From contig NC_073383.1 of assembly GCF_028641065.1 (NCBI RefSeq), forward strand, positions 59,706,001 to 59,770,000: 64,000 nucleotides of DNA, written 5' to 3'. A program made the translations under genes and the position numbers. Below, piece after piece: positions 47,876-60,526 of the stretch. The notes beneath the pieces were generated by a model that was given only the letters and a program-made list of their open reading frames with translations, was not told the DNA's origin and did not search any database. This stretch comes from Leucoraja erinacea (Eukaryota). Each line of letters starts with the position of its first letter. Position 1 is the first letter of the stretch.

Positions 47876-48639
47876 ACTCTTTGTGCAAGCCTATTAATTA
47901 TAGCCAATTGCTTTTGCGGAAAATGCATGCACTAGAAGCTTAACAATTTGATATTCTAAACGATGTTATGCAAGAGAAATGGAAAAGTGCAAAACTTGAA
48001 TGCACACTTTTAAAAAAAATTTCCAATGGGAAATCATTGATTGAAAATATACTGCTTAAGTGATAAGTTTCAGTGTTAACTAATGTCACAGTCCCAGTAT
48101 GCAAGGCTTGTATTCTGTTGACAATAGGACAATGTATATTGTTCAATTCTAGAACTACACTTGAAGCAACAGATCAATAAATGTACCCAGATGTTCATGA
48201 TAAAATTATGAAAATCAGATACGACTCTAAATGATTAAATTACCTGCAAACATTTTTAACAACTGCAAATTGTTTTTTTTTTGGAAACACAAGATATAAT
48301 GTTTTGCCATTGAAGTTCAATATCACAAAAGGGATTCATTTTGTTCTTAAAATCTGTGCCAATGTGTTGCAGGTTCCATGTAAAACTAATTCAGCTCTCT
48401 TTTCAAATCCTTGAATCGTCAGATATTCAAAAATTGATTACCCTTCCTGCTTACTTCCCAAACAAGAGAAATACTTATTCCATAATTTAGAATGTATAAA
48501 TCATGTTTTAAATCTTCTTGCTGCAGTGTAAATTGCCTCAGCATCTCAAATCTCTCCTATAAAGTGTTGTGTTGCATGCTGGCATTAACCAAGTTAATCT
48601 AAACTCTCTGCTTTCTTCAATATCAGTATATTTTTGTAA

Positions 48640-48825
48640 TGAGTAGGAAGGAGAAGCAGATGCTGGTTTATACCAAAGATGGACTCAAAATGCTGGAGTA
48701 ATTCACTGGGTCAGGCAACATCTCTGGAGAAAAGGAACATATGATGTTTCGGATACAAATGTCACCCATGCCTTTTCTCCAGAGATGCTGCCTGACCCGC
48801 TGAGCTACTCAAGCATTTTACGTCC
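48640..48825. mobile_element. Fold-back mini-Penelope element
   Basis: Inverted arms, with ATTTTTGTAA at 48630-48639 and 48826-48835. Confidence 0.75.
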
Positions 48826-49032
48826 ATTTTTGTAAAATCCGCCTAAAACATCGAGCAATACAGAGTGGTATCTTTAATGTTTTGTAACGTCAGAGATCAT
48901 TTATGATGTAATGCATTATAGACTGTGCTACTACCTTACATATCATTTTGTTAGCCATGCACTTCAACATCTTATTTTAAATATAAACTTCAATTTCTAA
49001 TTTTTCTAATGAATGATCTCATATTTACATAT

Positions 49033-49290
49033 GCGTAGGAAAGAACTGCAGGTGCTGAACCAAAGATAGACACAAAATGCTGGAGTAACTCAGCGGGACA
49101 GGCAACATCTCTGGATAGCAGGAACAAGTGATGTTTTGGGTCGAGACCCTTGCTCAGACTGATGTTTTGGGTCGAGGCCCTTGCTCAGACTGATGTTTTG
49201 GGTCGAGACACTTCTTCGACCCGCAACGTCACCTGTTCCTTCTAACCAGAGATGCTGTTTGTCCCACAGAGTTACTGCAGCATTTTGAGT
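49033..49290. mobile_element. Fold-back mini-Penelope element with internal 31-bp tandem repeat
   Basis: Inverted arms with tcatattta on both flanks. The unit tgatgttttgggtcgagacccttgctcagac is present about 2.6 times. Confidence 0.75.
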
Positions 49291-52200
49291 CATATTTATA
49301 GATATTACATTGCACCTTCATCCCATTCTGTTAAGCTGCCCAAGTTGCCCTGTGAACTGTACACAGGTCTTGTTGTTTTGTAGCTTCTTTGTTGTTAGTA
49401 TATTTCTACTTTTTGTGCCCTCAATAGCACAAGAAATACGGCAATAAACCACAGCATAGACCATTTGACATTTTTTGCTAACTTTAATTAATGTCCTTAT
49501 TTTCCTTCAATGAGCTTATATTTCACCTGATAACATGATTTCATTTTCCAAGATGCCTGTGTAAAACCTTGGGTCTGAATATTTCAAAGATTTTCCTAAT
49601 CTCCTGCTATAATCTGAATGGCAGTGGTGCTGCAGGTAGTGCAGCAGTCTCACCGTCCCAACCAACACAATTTCCCTGTGGAGTTTGTACATTTTTACTG
49701 TGTCCTCTGATTGCCTCCCACATCCCAAAGGCCTATTAATTATGAATTTAAATGACCACTGTAATTTGCCCCTAGTGTGTGGGTTTGCAGGAAAATCATG
49801 GTCATGAGTGAGAGAATGAATGGGTAGGGAATGGGACTGATAAGGTACACAGAGATCAGATGGGATGAATGACTTTCTTCTATGCTGGAAGGGAATGTGA
49901 AATATATGACCTACATGCCATTTCTAGACCACATTGGTGCTCTTAATGAGCACAAAGCACATCGATGGGATCTGGTTAATGTTTCCTCCTCTAATCCTGC
50001 ATCAATACGTAGTTTGAGAATTTTGTCCAAACCATATGATATTAACCAAAATTAAAATGCAGCACTCACATGGAAGCTGTGATGTGCTCACTGCACAAAA
50101 CTATGTTAGTGTTTTCTTGCTCTCTTCCAAATGTGAAAGCAATAGGTACACTTGGATAAATATCTAAAGAGCCATGATCAGCAAAGGTATGAACAAAGAA
50201 CTGGTCCCAATGGGATGTAAATTTCTACAATTAGGTTAAACATTGGTGCCTACACTCGAGACAAAATTAAAGGAATGAGTTTGAAGGAACAGTTCAGGCA
50301 AAAATATAAAGAAGCTATGAAAGATGATATGAATCCACACTTAAGTCACCTCTGAATGAGGAGAGAGGGACCCGAAACAAACAAATAAAGAATCATATGT
50401 GATAAGAATGAATGAATCAATAACCCTGTTTATTTTTATTCATTTAACTTCAATCTTAGGATTCATCTGTTGTCTTCCCTTTATCTTCCATTAGGGCAAC
50501 TGACTTAAATGTTTAATTAGATAGAGCTGTAATAGTCAGCCAATTTTAATCCTTTACATTTAATTTCATGGGGCAAATCAAAAGAGACCATTCACAATTA
50601 ACTTGGACAGGATGGAGCAATTCGACATATAAAACCTGTTGATCACTTGCCAACGGAACATACACAAATTAGTTGTGATGCTCCCATCCAAACCAAATCA
50701 GGAATTTAATCCTTATTTATATAAACAGGGCACTGAAGTTGGCGTCTCTTTTTATTACAGATTTGGAAACAAATATATTTTTGTCACAATCATGAACAAA
50801 GCAGATTTCAAAGGAGATGGACCAATTGCTGCTAATTGGGACTAGATTAGATGGGGTAGTCTTGGTTGACATGGACAAGTAGGGCCAAAGGGTCTTTTTC
50901 CATGCAGTATGACTATAATTTTTAAGCAATGTAATTTAAACTTTGTGCTCCACAGAAATTGAACCACAATATTCCTGAGTTTCTGCAAAGAAATAAAGTA
51001 TTTCATTTAAAAATCTAACCCCAGACATTAAGATATTTGTGGTAAGAAGCAAAATTATTTCAGGGCATCATTTATTTTAAGTAAGCAACAGCCTTTTACA
51101 GCAGTGTTAAAATCTCTTGCTCTTTCTATATTTGGTGACTTCAATTAACTTATTGTTTATGGCATAGAGAAAACAATCTTAAAAAAAATGCTTGAATGTA
51201 TAGGTCTTAAAATCATGCCTGTGGACTCAGCCTTGAACCTGACCTGATAACATTTACTGAAGCCTCATTGAACCCAACAAGTAAATTACTTGTCGTGCAG
51301 CATGAGGTGCAAATTGTAAAAAATAATATTGCCTCTAAACTCTCAAATGCTCCACAATAAACAGTTTAATTTCTGATCCACTGGCCTATACTTCACTGAA
51401 ATCACAAGGAAAGCTCCTGTAATCAAAACAAATTGGAATCAACCTAACACAAGCAACACAGATTACATTGAGATATTGAAAAAATGCACTCACTGTTAAG
51501 AATATTTTTTTATCAGAATAAAATAGTCTGGAATTGAAATTGATATACACAGATCAGCTAAACTAATTTATAATGAATCAATTGTCTAGATTTATTGCAA
51601 CTCATGATTTAGTTTTCATTGAACTCGTGGAAAAGTAATGTGGTGTAACAATTGTGTTACTAATTCATTAGCAATTGTTATGTTTTAAGATGCCTGACCA
51701 ATTTGTCTATGATCACGTGATGAATTGTTGCCACATTTGTGCTGCAATGTACAATTGTAGAGATAGGTAGTTCATTTTAGAAAATTGTTAGGATTTTTCC
51801 ACATTATGATCGTTATATCTTATCTCTTGAAAGCATATTTTGGGTTTTTCACTATTTGTTCTAAGTATATTATATTTAACTTCTGGAGAAATTCTTATGA
51901 AATCATCAGTGCTTACGGAGTTATAAATATAAGAATTAAAATCAGGTTTAAATCATTGAGTCCAAGCCAGCAATATTCAGTTCATGTTTGTGGATCCTTT
52001 GACTTCAACTCCACTTTCCTTCACTCTGCTTATCTCTCATAATTGACAGAAATAAATCACAACTTCCTAGGTGGTTAATTGAACCATAATTCTGTGTTGG
52101 TCTGGATAAGAGCATGAAATAAACACAACCACCTTTCTCTTGTTGTATTTGATATGTTCTCACATAACTCACAGCAATATCATCACATCTTATTTGCTGT

Positions 52201-52639
52201 TGCATTTATCTTAATCAACAAAATCTGCACCCTCAAAAGTTTAATTTCTTGCATAAAACGGATTACATTTTTTAAAAAGGATGCAAAATGCTGAAGTAAT
52301 TCAATGGGTCAGGCAGCATCTCGGGAGAACATGGATATTATGTTTGGGAATTTGGGATACATTTGATATTTTGTGCATTGAGTTTGGATTTTGAGACCAG
52401 TGTCCAGGATATTTTGGTCTTTATTCTGATGTGTTGACCTAATTATGAAAGGGAGAATTTTTAAGTAAAAGGAAGATCCATCTCTAACAAATGATGGGAA
52501 GAAAAGGGAAATCTTTTAGCAGAGTTTATGTGTTTTTGTTGGCAATAATGATTTCTAATTTGTAAACAAATTGAAGCCAAGGCTCCAGAAAAATTAACAT
52601 GAGCTTTTTCTACATAGTCCTTAAGTGTTCAGAATATCC

Positions 52640-53095
52640 ATTACTATTTTTTTCCATATCGCATCTCCGTCCACACTGTGGCCTAACATCGCGGAGCTGG
52701 CGGCCTCTGCTGGAGACTGACTTTGGGAGCTCCAACTGCAGGAACATGCGGACTTTAACATCGTGGAGTTCGCGGTTTCTGGTAAGGGACCAACTTCAGG
52801 AGCTCCAGGGAAACGATCGCCCCGACACGGGAGCTTTGAACACTGGCTGCTGGTTTCGATCACCCCGACTGCGGATGGTTCGTGTGCCCCGACCGCGGGA
52901 GAATAAAGAGGAAGAAGTTTAGATTTTATTGCCTTCCATCACAGTGAGGAAACTGGAGAATCCACTGTGATGGATGTTTATGTTAACTTTTATGTAGTTG
53001 TGTGTCTTGTTGCTTATTTAAGTATGGCTGTATGGTAATTCGAGTTTCACTGTACCTTAATTGTGACAATAAATTGACCTTTCCACCTTTGAACT
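52640..53095 (+). mobile_element. Truncated GC-rich element with Rex1-type 3' end (copy G)
   Basis: gccttccatcacagtg..cactgtgatggatgttt, tttcactgtacc..gtgacaataaa and a ttgacctt/ttgaactt tail. Confidence 0.7.
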
Positions 53096-53712
53096 TCTCA
53101 TCAACTGCTGAAAAATTAATTCAAACATATCAACCATAATCATTTTTTTTGAGGTCACTTTTTAACTCTTTATCACTTTCCAGTGCTATTGTCTGACCTG
53201 CTGTGTTTTCAGCCTTCTTTTTGTTTTTTCTATGCGATCACAAAATGGTACTTGCTTTTTTTTTCCCCAATTGTTACGATTCCAATTATTTTAATTGTAC
53301 TGGGCAAGATCCAATACTTTAATCATATTAGTAATCAGCACTTCAGGTTCATTCAGAAAAAAATAACGTTTTCAAGGAAAATAAAGTATTCATTGACCAA
53401 GTCATTAATTGTGCAATATTCGCATGCACTATGCAATTTCATCTTAATTGAAAAACTAATTATAAAAGTAATCAGCATCTCTATGCATGCGTAGCCTGGT
53501 ACAGTTAATCATATTATACACTAATGCATATGGAAGACCGTGTCAAGGTCCCACTCCTGTGAAAATTAATCAGACTGCCCCTACCTCAATTGCTGCTGGG
53601 GAGTCTATCGGTGAAATAAGCCATGCATTCCTAATTACAGCTGCATTCTTCTTTTAGTTGCAAGTGGGAAGAGAAAGCATTCCAATCTTTGTTCCATGTC
53701 TAATGATGCAGT

Positions 53713-55010
53713 TAGACAAACAATGTTGGAGTAACTCAATGGGATAGGCAGCATCTCTGGAGAGAAAGAATGGGTGACGTTTCGGGTTGAGAGCATTGTT
53801 CAGACTGATGTCAGGAGAGGGGGCGGGGCAAAGATAGAATGTAGTCTGTGACAGTAAGACTAGTGGGAGAACAGGAAAGGAGGAGGGGATGGAGAGAGAA
53901 AGAAAGTGCTATCTGAAGTTAGAGAAGTCAATGCCCATACCACTGGGGTATAAACTACCCAAGCAACATATGAGGTGCTGTTCCTCCAATTTGCGATGGG
54001 CCTCACTCTGACAATGGAGGAGGCCCAGGACAGAAAGGTCAGATTGGTAATGGAAGGGGGACTTGAAGTGGGCAATCAACGGGAGATCAGTTATGTTAAG
54101 ACGGACTGAGCGGAGCTGTTCAGCGAAACGATCGCTGAGTCTGCGCTTGGTCTCGTTGATTTAGAGAAGTTGACAACTGAAACAGCGGTAGATGAGGATG
54201 AAGGACGTGCAAGTGAACCTCTGCCTCACCCGAAAAGACTGTTTGGGTCCTTGGATGGAGTCGAGGGGGGAGGTAAAATGGCAGGTGTTGCATCTCCTGT
54301 GGTTACAGGGGATAGTACGTGGGGAGGGAGTGATTTGGGTGGGAAGGGAGTTTCAGAGGGAATGGTCTCAGCGGAAAGCAGAAAGGGGTGTAGATGGAAA
54401 GATGTGGCCAGTAGTGGGATCCCGTTGGAGGTGGTGAAAATGTTGGAGGATTATATGCTTTATGCAACGGCTGATGAGGTGGAAAGTGAGGAAAAGGGGG
54501 ACTGTGTCCTTGTTATGAATGAGGGGAGGAGGAGCAGGAGCGGAGCTGCAAAATATCGAGGAGACCCTAGTGAGAGCCTTGTCTACAATGGAAGAGGGGA
54601 ATCCCCGTTTCCTAAAGAACGAGGACATCTCCAATACCCTGGTATGGAACACCGCCTCCTGGGCACAGATGCGGCGCAGATGGAGAAATTGGGAGCAGGC
54701 GAGTCTTTACAGGAAGCAGGGTGGGAAGAAGTGTAGTTAAGATAGCTATGGGTGTCAGTAGGTTTGTAGTAAATATCGGTCAATAGTCTGTTTTCTGTGA
54801 TGGATACAATGAGATCTAGAAATGGTAGGGAGATGACGGAGATGATCCAAGTGAATTTGAGTACAGGATGGAATTAGTGATGAAGTTAATGAAGTAAGTG
54901 AGTCCTACATGGGTGCAGGGGGTAGCACCAATGCAATCGTCAATGTAATGGAGGTAGGGTTCGGGGATAGGGCCAGTGTATGCCTGGAACAGGGATTGTT
55001 CGACGTGCTG
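53713..55010 (-). mobile_element. Penelope-like element (RT + GIY-YIG), degraded
   Basis: Peptides YLHYIDDCIGA, TDIYYKPTDTHSYLNYTSSHPASCKDS and MSSFFRKRGFPSSIV. Confidence 0.9.
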
Positions 55011-55449
55011 CATCTGATGATGTAGTAATGTCCATCAAGCTATCACAGACATGCAGTACCCTCTACTGTTAACTATTTTTTTACGCTACTCAACAAATGG
55101 TTGTAACTTATCTCCAATATTGAAGTGGCAGCCCCTCAAAAAAACTTTTTTAGTGAAATATGTCATCCACCAATTTTCCACAAGCTATCCCTGAAAAGAG
55201 TTTGCAGCACAATTTCCTGATCAGCAGACTGTTGGTCTCAGGACTATCCTGATTGACTCCTCATTTGGAGACATGGAGCTCCAAGGAGAAAAGCAGTGAA
55301 TTATGTTGTTTAATTTACTTTTATTTTAATTACTTTTAACTTTATGTAATTTTCCCCATTGAAAACTTATCATCTGATTTTTTTTCCTACCAAGATTTCT
55401 ATGTATAATTTTGTAGAAATCATGTTGCATATCTTGTATTTAACAATTA

Positions 55450-55975
55450 TGAAGTCATGATGTAGCTTAATAGAACTTTGGTTAGCCCACATTTGGAATA
55501 TTGTGTGCAGTTCAGGTTGTTACAGGAGGATGCAGAGGCTTAGGAAAGGCTGCAGAGGTGGTTTAACCAAGAATGATGCCTGGATTAGGATATATTAATT
55601 ACTGGGAGGGGTTGGGGAGATGTGTTGTTTTCTCTGGAATACTGGAGGCTGTGGGCAGCCTGTTAGAATATAAGATGATGTGAGGAATTGATAGGGTAGA
55701 CAGTCTGAATTTATTTCTTAAAGATTGAAATTTCAAATCCATTAAGCAGTCTTTTTTGTTTTTTGTTTTACACAGAAGTTGTTGAGGGCTTGGAACGCAT
55801 TACTAGAGGTTGAGGCAGACATGAATAGGGATTTAAGAGACTGCCAGGTATACATATGGATATGCAGCGAATGGAGGGATCTGATTTATGTGCAGGCAGA
55901 TTAGATTTGTTCTTGACCGTGTTTGGCACAGGCATTGTTGGCTGTGCCTATACAGTACAGCACTGTTTCTCTGCT
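55450..55975 (+). mobile_element. Old CR1 3' fragment
   Basis: ttggttagcccacatttggaatattgtgtgcagttc (LV.PHLEYCVQF). Confidence 0.75.
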
Positions 55976-56879
55976 GCACATTATATGTCCAATGTTCTAT
56001 TATCTATTTGCACATATAAAAATAACATTCTTGCTGCAGTGTGTCTTTTTTGTGGTTGTTCATGTACAAGTGGAATTCTGGGATATTTTATCATTGGGAT
56101 ATTTATGACAAATTAAATGTCTTATACTCTGCACCAAGGAATGTCTAAGGTCTCAGAATCAAATGCTACTGTTGTAACCCTATTCCCAGTGAGTGCAGTA
56201 AATTGAACGGTGAGAAACTGCTGAATATAAGAGGTTTATCTTGGATAAATGGTACATTGTATCAACGCATTATATATTTTCCTATCTATTGATTCCTACT
56301 GATAAGCTCAGAGGATAAATTTTCTTTGAAGCAATCTATCATTGAAAACATTATATGGGTTTATAAAATATGAAAGCACATGAGGATAAATATTTGCACT
56401 TCATCTGGTTGTGATCTTGACATCTGATTCTATACGCACATGTATCGTTATAATAAAATAGGCAGCCATGGTGAATCAAAAACAGATTGTCGAATGCAAA
56501 ATCTAAACTGCAATGGGAGATGTGCTGAGTACAAATGCTAAACCAAATGTTATCTCAATAAATATTTCTCATCTCCCATGGAGATTAAAGCAAAAAGATT
56601 GTTTGAACCTTCATCTGAAAGCAATAGACAAACTAAAAGATAGATAACAGAAGGAAATTCAGGTTAAAAACTGACAAGATAGATGATGGCTATATTATTT
56701 AACCTTCACCTTTTCAGTTTATGGGATACCAAAGTATATGGCTTGATAATTATTCATTGACATGGCATACCATGACTTCCTAAAGAATTTGACAGTTGTC
56801 TGTGATAATATTTCAATTTGAAACATCAATGCCGAGAAATTGGAGCCACTTGTAGCACACAATCTAAGGCTTCTCAGTT

Positions 56880-57085
56880 CACCAGATGGATTATATGATA
56901 ACCATGGGTAATATCAGGGATGGAACGTTCTTCGCTCTAGTCAACACCTCGTGGTGCTCGGACCTGGAATATCTAACAGGAAAGTGCTGTCCCAATGATC
57001 TGCTGTGATTCCTTGGGTATGCAAAACAAAGAATATCACTCTTGACTTGTCACATGTGACAATAAGGTATCATTCATCATTCAGA
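56880..57085 (+). mobile_element. Rex1/Babar remnant
   Basis: VNTSWCS.DLEYL-like piece and 3' end aaaacaaagaatatcact..cacatgtgacaataa with a (CATT/CAT)n tail. Confidence 0.5.
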
Positions 57086-57830
57086 GAAGGTATAGGTTGA
57101 GGGTGGGAGTGGGAACATTTAAAGGAGATTTTCAAGGCAAGTATTTTACTCAGAGGGTGATAGGTGCATGGAATGCAGTGCCAGCGGAGGTGGTAGAATG
57201 TTTAGATATGATGTTTCAGTAACATTAAGTCTGAACAGGCAGGGAATAGTTGGAGACATATGTAAGCAGGAGATTTGCTTAGATTGATAACATGGTCAGC
57301 ACAAATGTGGTAGGTTGTAAAACCTGTTCTTATGTTATACATTTCCATTTTCTTCATGTTCACTTCGTGCAGTGCTCTATGCTCTTAATTTATACAGCAG
57401 CCACTTTTGTGGCACCTTGAGAAATGACTTCTGGATATCAAAATATACTACATCTACTATTCCCCTCTAGCAACCCTCTCAATCACAAAATTGCCAAACA
57501 CGTTTTACCTTCCATTAAACCATGATGACTAGGTTTGCTTACATTTATTTTTTTCTAAATGAATAGATTTTCATCTTTGATTATTGATTCTAATATCTTG
57601 CCAGCCATAGATGTGAAACTAACTGCTGTACAGAATCCCGTCTCCCTCCTTTTTTGAACAAGGGAAACATGGTGGCAGGTTTCCATTCTTCTGGAATCTC
57701 CTGGAATTTAGAGAGTTTTGAAAAAAAATTCAACTAAGGAGTCCACAATCTCTGTAGACTTTAAAAACATTAGATTTAAACCAAGACTGAGGCATTATTG
57801 ATAACGATCTTACACTTTTGTGCCTGGTCC
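57086..57830. mobile_element. Two old CR1 remnants (+ at about 57086-57350, - at about 57420-57830)
   Basis: ttttactcagagggtg..tggaatgc on the + strand. IPGDSRRMETCH..LVQK-like and cagttagtttcacatc remnants on the - strand. Confidence 0.55.
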
Positions 57831-57865
57831 TGGATGAGCTCATTTTTTACAGTTCAGTTGAGTTT

Positions 57866-58783
57866 TACAATACAATACAATGCGATTTATTTGTCACATT
57901 ACACATAAAGTGCAAGTGAAATGAATATGTCAGCAGCGGTACAATTATAAAGAACACACACAAAAACACAATAAAAATTTAACATAAACATCCACCACAG
58001 CATTCATCACGGTGATGGAAGGCACACAATTTGGTCAGTCCTCCTCCATTTTCCCCCGTGGTCGGGACCTCAACCCTCCGCAGCTGTTGCTGCGGGCGTC
58101 CAGATGGTAAATGGACAAGGTACAAGTCCAGGTAAGTCCAGAGTCGGCTCTTCCCCACCGGAGACCGTGGCTTTAAGTTGGTGTAGGCCGCAGGCTGGCG
58201 GTCGAACATTTAAAGTTTAAAGTTCGCTGCCGCGCCGCAGCCAGAAGCACCGCAGGCCGCAGGGCCGGCGGTCGAAGCTTCCCTCCACGGGTGATGGTAA
58301 GTTGCCACTGAGCCTGCAGTAGAAGTTGGCCGCGGGCCGGCAGTGATGGCTTCTTCTTCCCCCGGGTCCCCCACGAGGGATCCCGGGCTGTAGACGCCGC
58401 GCCAGCTGGAGCTGTGCAGACCGCGGCTTCAAGCTGCCGGCTGCCCCAGGACAGCAAAACGGAGCGCTACCCTCCGGCGAGCCCCAGCGAGGGTTCGCCC
58501 GCTCCATGCAGAGAGTCCACGCTGCGCCCGCCGCTGATGTCCTGGGCGCGTCTCTGGGAAAGGCTGCGCCGATCCTTGCTGTTAGGCCACGGGGGAGGTG
58601 ACCTGGAAAAAGTCGCCTCTCCATGGAGGAGGCGGCTGAAACGGTTTCCCCCTCACCCCCCAACACCACCCCCCACACACAAAGAAACATTAAAAACATC
58701 CTTTAAAACATACTAAAAAAAATTTAAATTTAAAAAAACTAACGAGCTGCTGACAGAGCTGCCGCCATTGCAGCGCCCCCACT
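57866..58783 (-). mobile_element. GC-rich non-autonomous retroelement with Rex1-type 3' end (copy E)
   Basis: Minus strand: 5' GGGGGCGCTGCAATGGCGGC, T-rich tract, G-run, GC body, atttcacttgcac..gtgtaaatgtgacaaataaa and a (TATTG)n tail. Confidence 0.7.
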
Positions 58784-58789
58784 GATACA

Positions 58790-59032
58790 CGGTGTCACAT
58801 TGTCACATGTACCGAGGGACAGTGAAAAGCTTTTTGTTGCGTCAGTCAGCAGAAAGACAATACATGATTACAATCAATTCATTTACAATGTATAGATACA
58901 TGACAAGGGAATAACATTTAGTGCACGGTAAAGCCATCAAAGTCTGGTAAAGGATAGTCCGAGGGACATCAAAGAGGTAGACAGTAATTTGGCACTGCTC
59001 TCTGGTTGTGGTAGGATGATTCAGATGCCTTG
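58790..59032 (-). mobile_element. Rex1/Babar 3' end
   Basis: Minus strand aaaagcttttcactgtccctcggtacatgtgacaat. Confidence 0.65.
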
Positions 59033-59268
59033 GTAGAGTCCAGTCATAACATTGAAATCAATCCGCCGTTCCACTGCTTGGTGGGGTTCATGGCACATTG
59101 AGTGCCCTCTCTCCTACCAGCTTTCCCTCAGATGCATGAACCCATTTATGCATAATGCTCTTTAAGTTCGGACTCATTGGTCAGCATGGCAATGATGTGG
59201 CATTTGTAGGAAGGGCTCCTGGCCATGTACCAGTAAATATGCAGGAGTCAAGGTGAGAATCAATCTAA

Positions 59269-59819
59269 AGGGGCTGTCCCACTTGGGCGACCTAATTGGT
59301 GAGTTTATAAGAGTTTGAAAAAATGACATGTTGAAGACCTCATTCGACTATGTAGGAGACCTCTTTCAACCTCCTTTGATTATGTTGAAAACCAGATTAG
59401 ACTAGCTATGACTAGCTACGACTAACTTCGGGAAAATTAGACACCGAATAGTGGAGAGTGAAGACGACCTCCTTCGATCTCCTTTGACCTCCCTTCGACT
59501 CCCTTCGGCTATGATAAAGACGATCTATGACTACCTTCGACTACCCTCGATTACCTACGACTAACATGCCGACCTACTACGACTAAACCTACGAGTAAAA
59601 AAAGTATCAATTTTTTCCATGCAACCTTTTTTTACTCGCGGGCATTTTTTAACATATTGATAAAAATGCTGCGACCTAGCTGAGGCCTCGAGTACGCGGA
59701 GACCACTCTCGAGCATGAAAGAGAGTTACGAAGACCTCATACGACCTCATGTCGACCATGCTGCGAATATGAGTCGAGGCCGAACTCGCGGATTAGGTCG
59801 CCCAACTGGGGCAGGCCCT
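59269..59819. mobile_element. PIF/Harbinger-type MITE
   Basis: TAA|AGGGGCTGTCCCACTTGGGCGACCTAAT ... ATTAGGTCGCCCAACTGGGGCAGGCCCT|TAA. Internal CGACTA/GACCTC short repeats. Confidence 0.85.
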
Positions 59820-60099
59820 TAACTTAAAACACTTAAGTTAAACTGGTCAAATTCAGAGTTCAGGATGGAGCCAGATTTTAGGACGTTAGCCAAGTTAATT
59901 AAAATATTGAATTGTATGGGATTATAAGAGACTATATGGACAAATGTAAATATTGTGTAAATAGGAACAAGTTTTAAATACTGGGCAGAAATTAAATACA
60001 TAGCAAAATAAATTGCAATTTTGTAAGAGCTTTTTTTGTTGTTAATTGATGTGGTCAGTTACCAGAGAGAGCAGTTATTAAATTATATCAAAATCAGAA

Positions 60100-60308
60100 G
60101 ATAGACAGAAAAAGCTGGAGTAACTCAGCAGGTCAGACAGCATCTCTGGAGAAAAGGAATAGGCGACGTTTTGGGTCAGACTGAAGAACAGTCTTGACCC
60201 GAAACGTCACCTATTCTGTTTCTCCAAAGATGCTGTCTGACCCGCTGAGTTATTCCAGTTTTTTCTGTCTATTTTCAGTTTAAATCAGCATCTGCAGTTC
60301 CTTCCTAT
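60100..60308. mobile_element. Fold-back mini-Penelope element
   Basis: Long inverted repeat with ctgaaga..gacccgaaacgtc in the centre and a 3' extension cagcatctgcagttccttcc. Confidence 0.8.
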
Positions 60309-60383
60309 ATATATCACTTTTTATTCAAATTAAAATTGTTACAATCAATGAAAGTCATGCTTACTGTACAACGTATCAACTAG

Positions 60384-60526
60384 AAAATAGACACAAAATG
60401 CTGGAGTGAATCCTAAAGAAGGACCCATTTCTTCTATCCAGAGATTCTGCCTGTCCCACTGAGTTACTCCAGCATTTTGTGTCCATCTTCAGTGTAAACC
60501 AGCATCTGCAGTCCCTTCCTACACAA
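60384..60526. mobile_element. Deleted fold-back mini-Penelope element
   Basis: Inverted agacacaaaatgctggagt / actccagcattttgtgtcc, with ATCAACTAG on both flanks. Confidence 0.7.
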
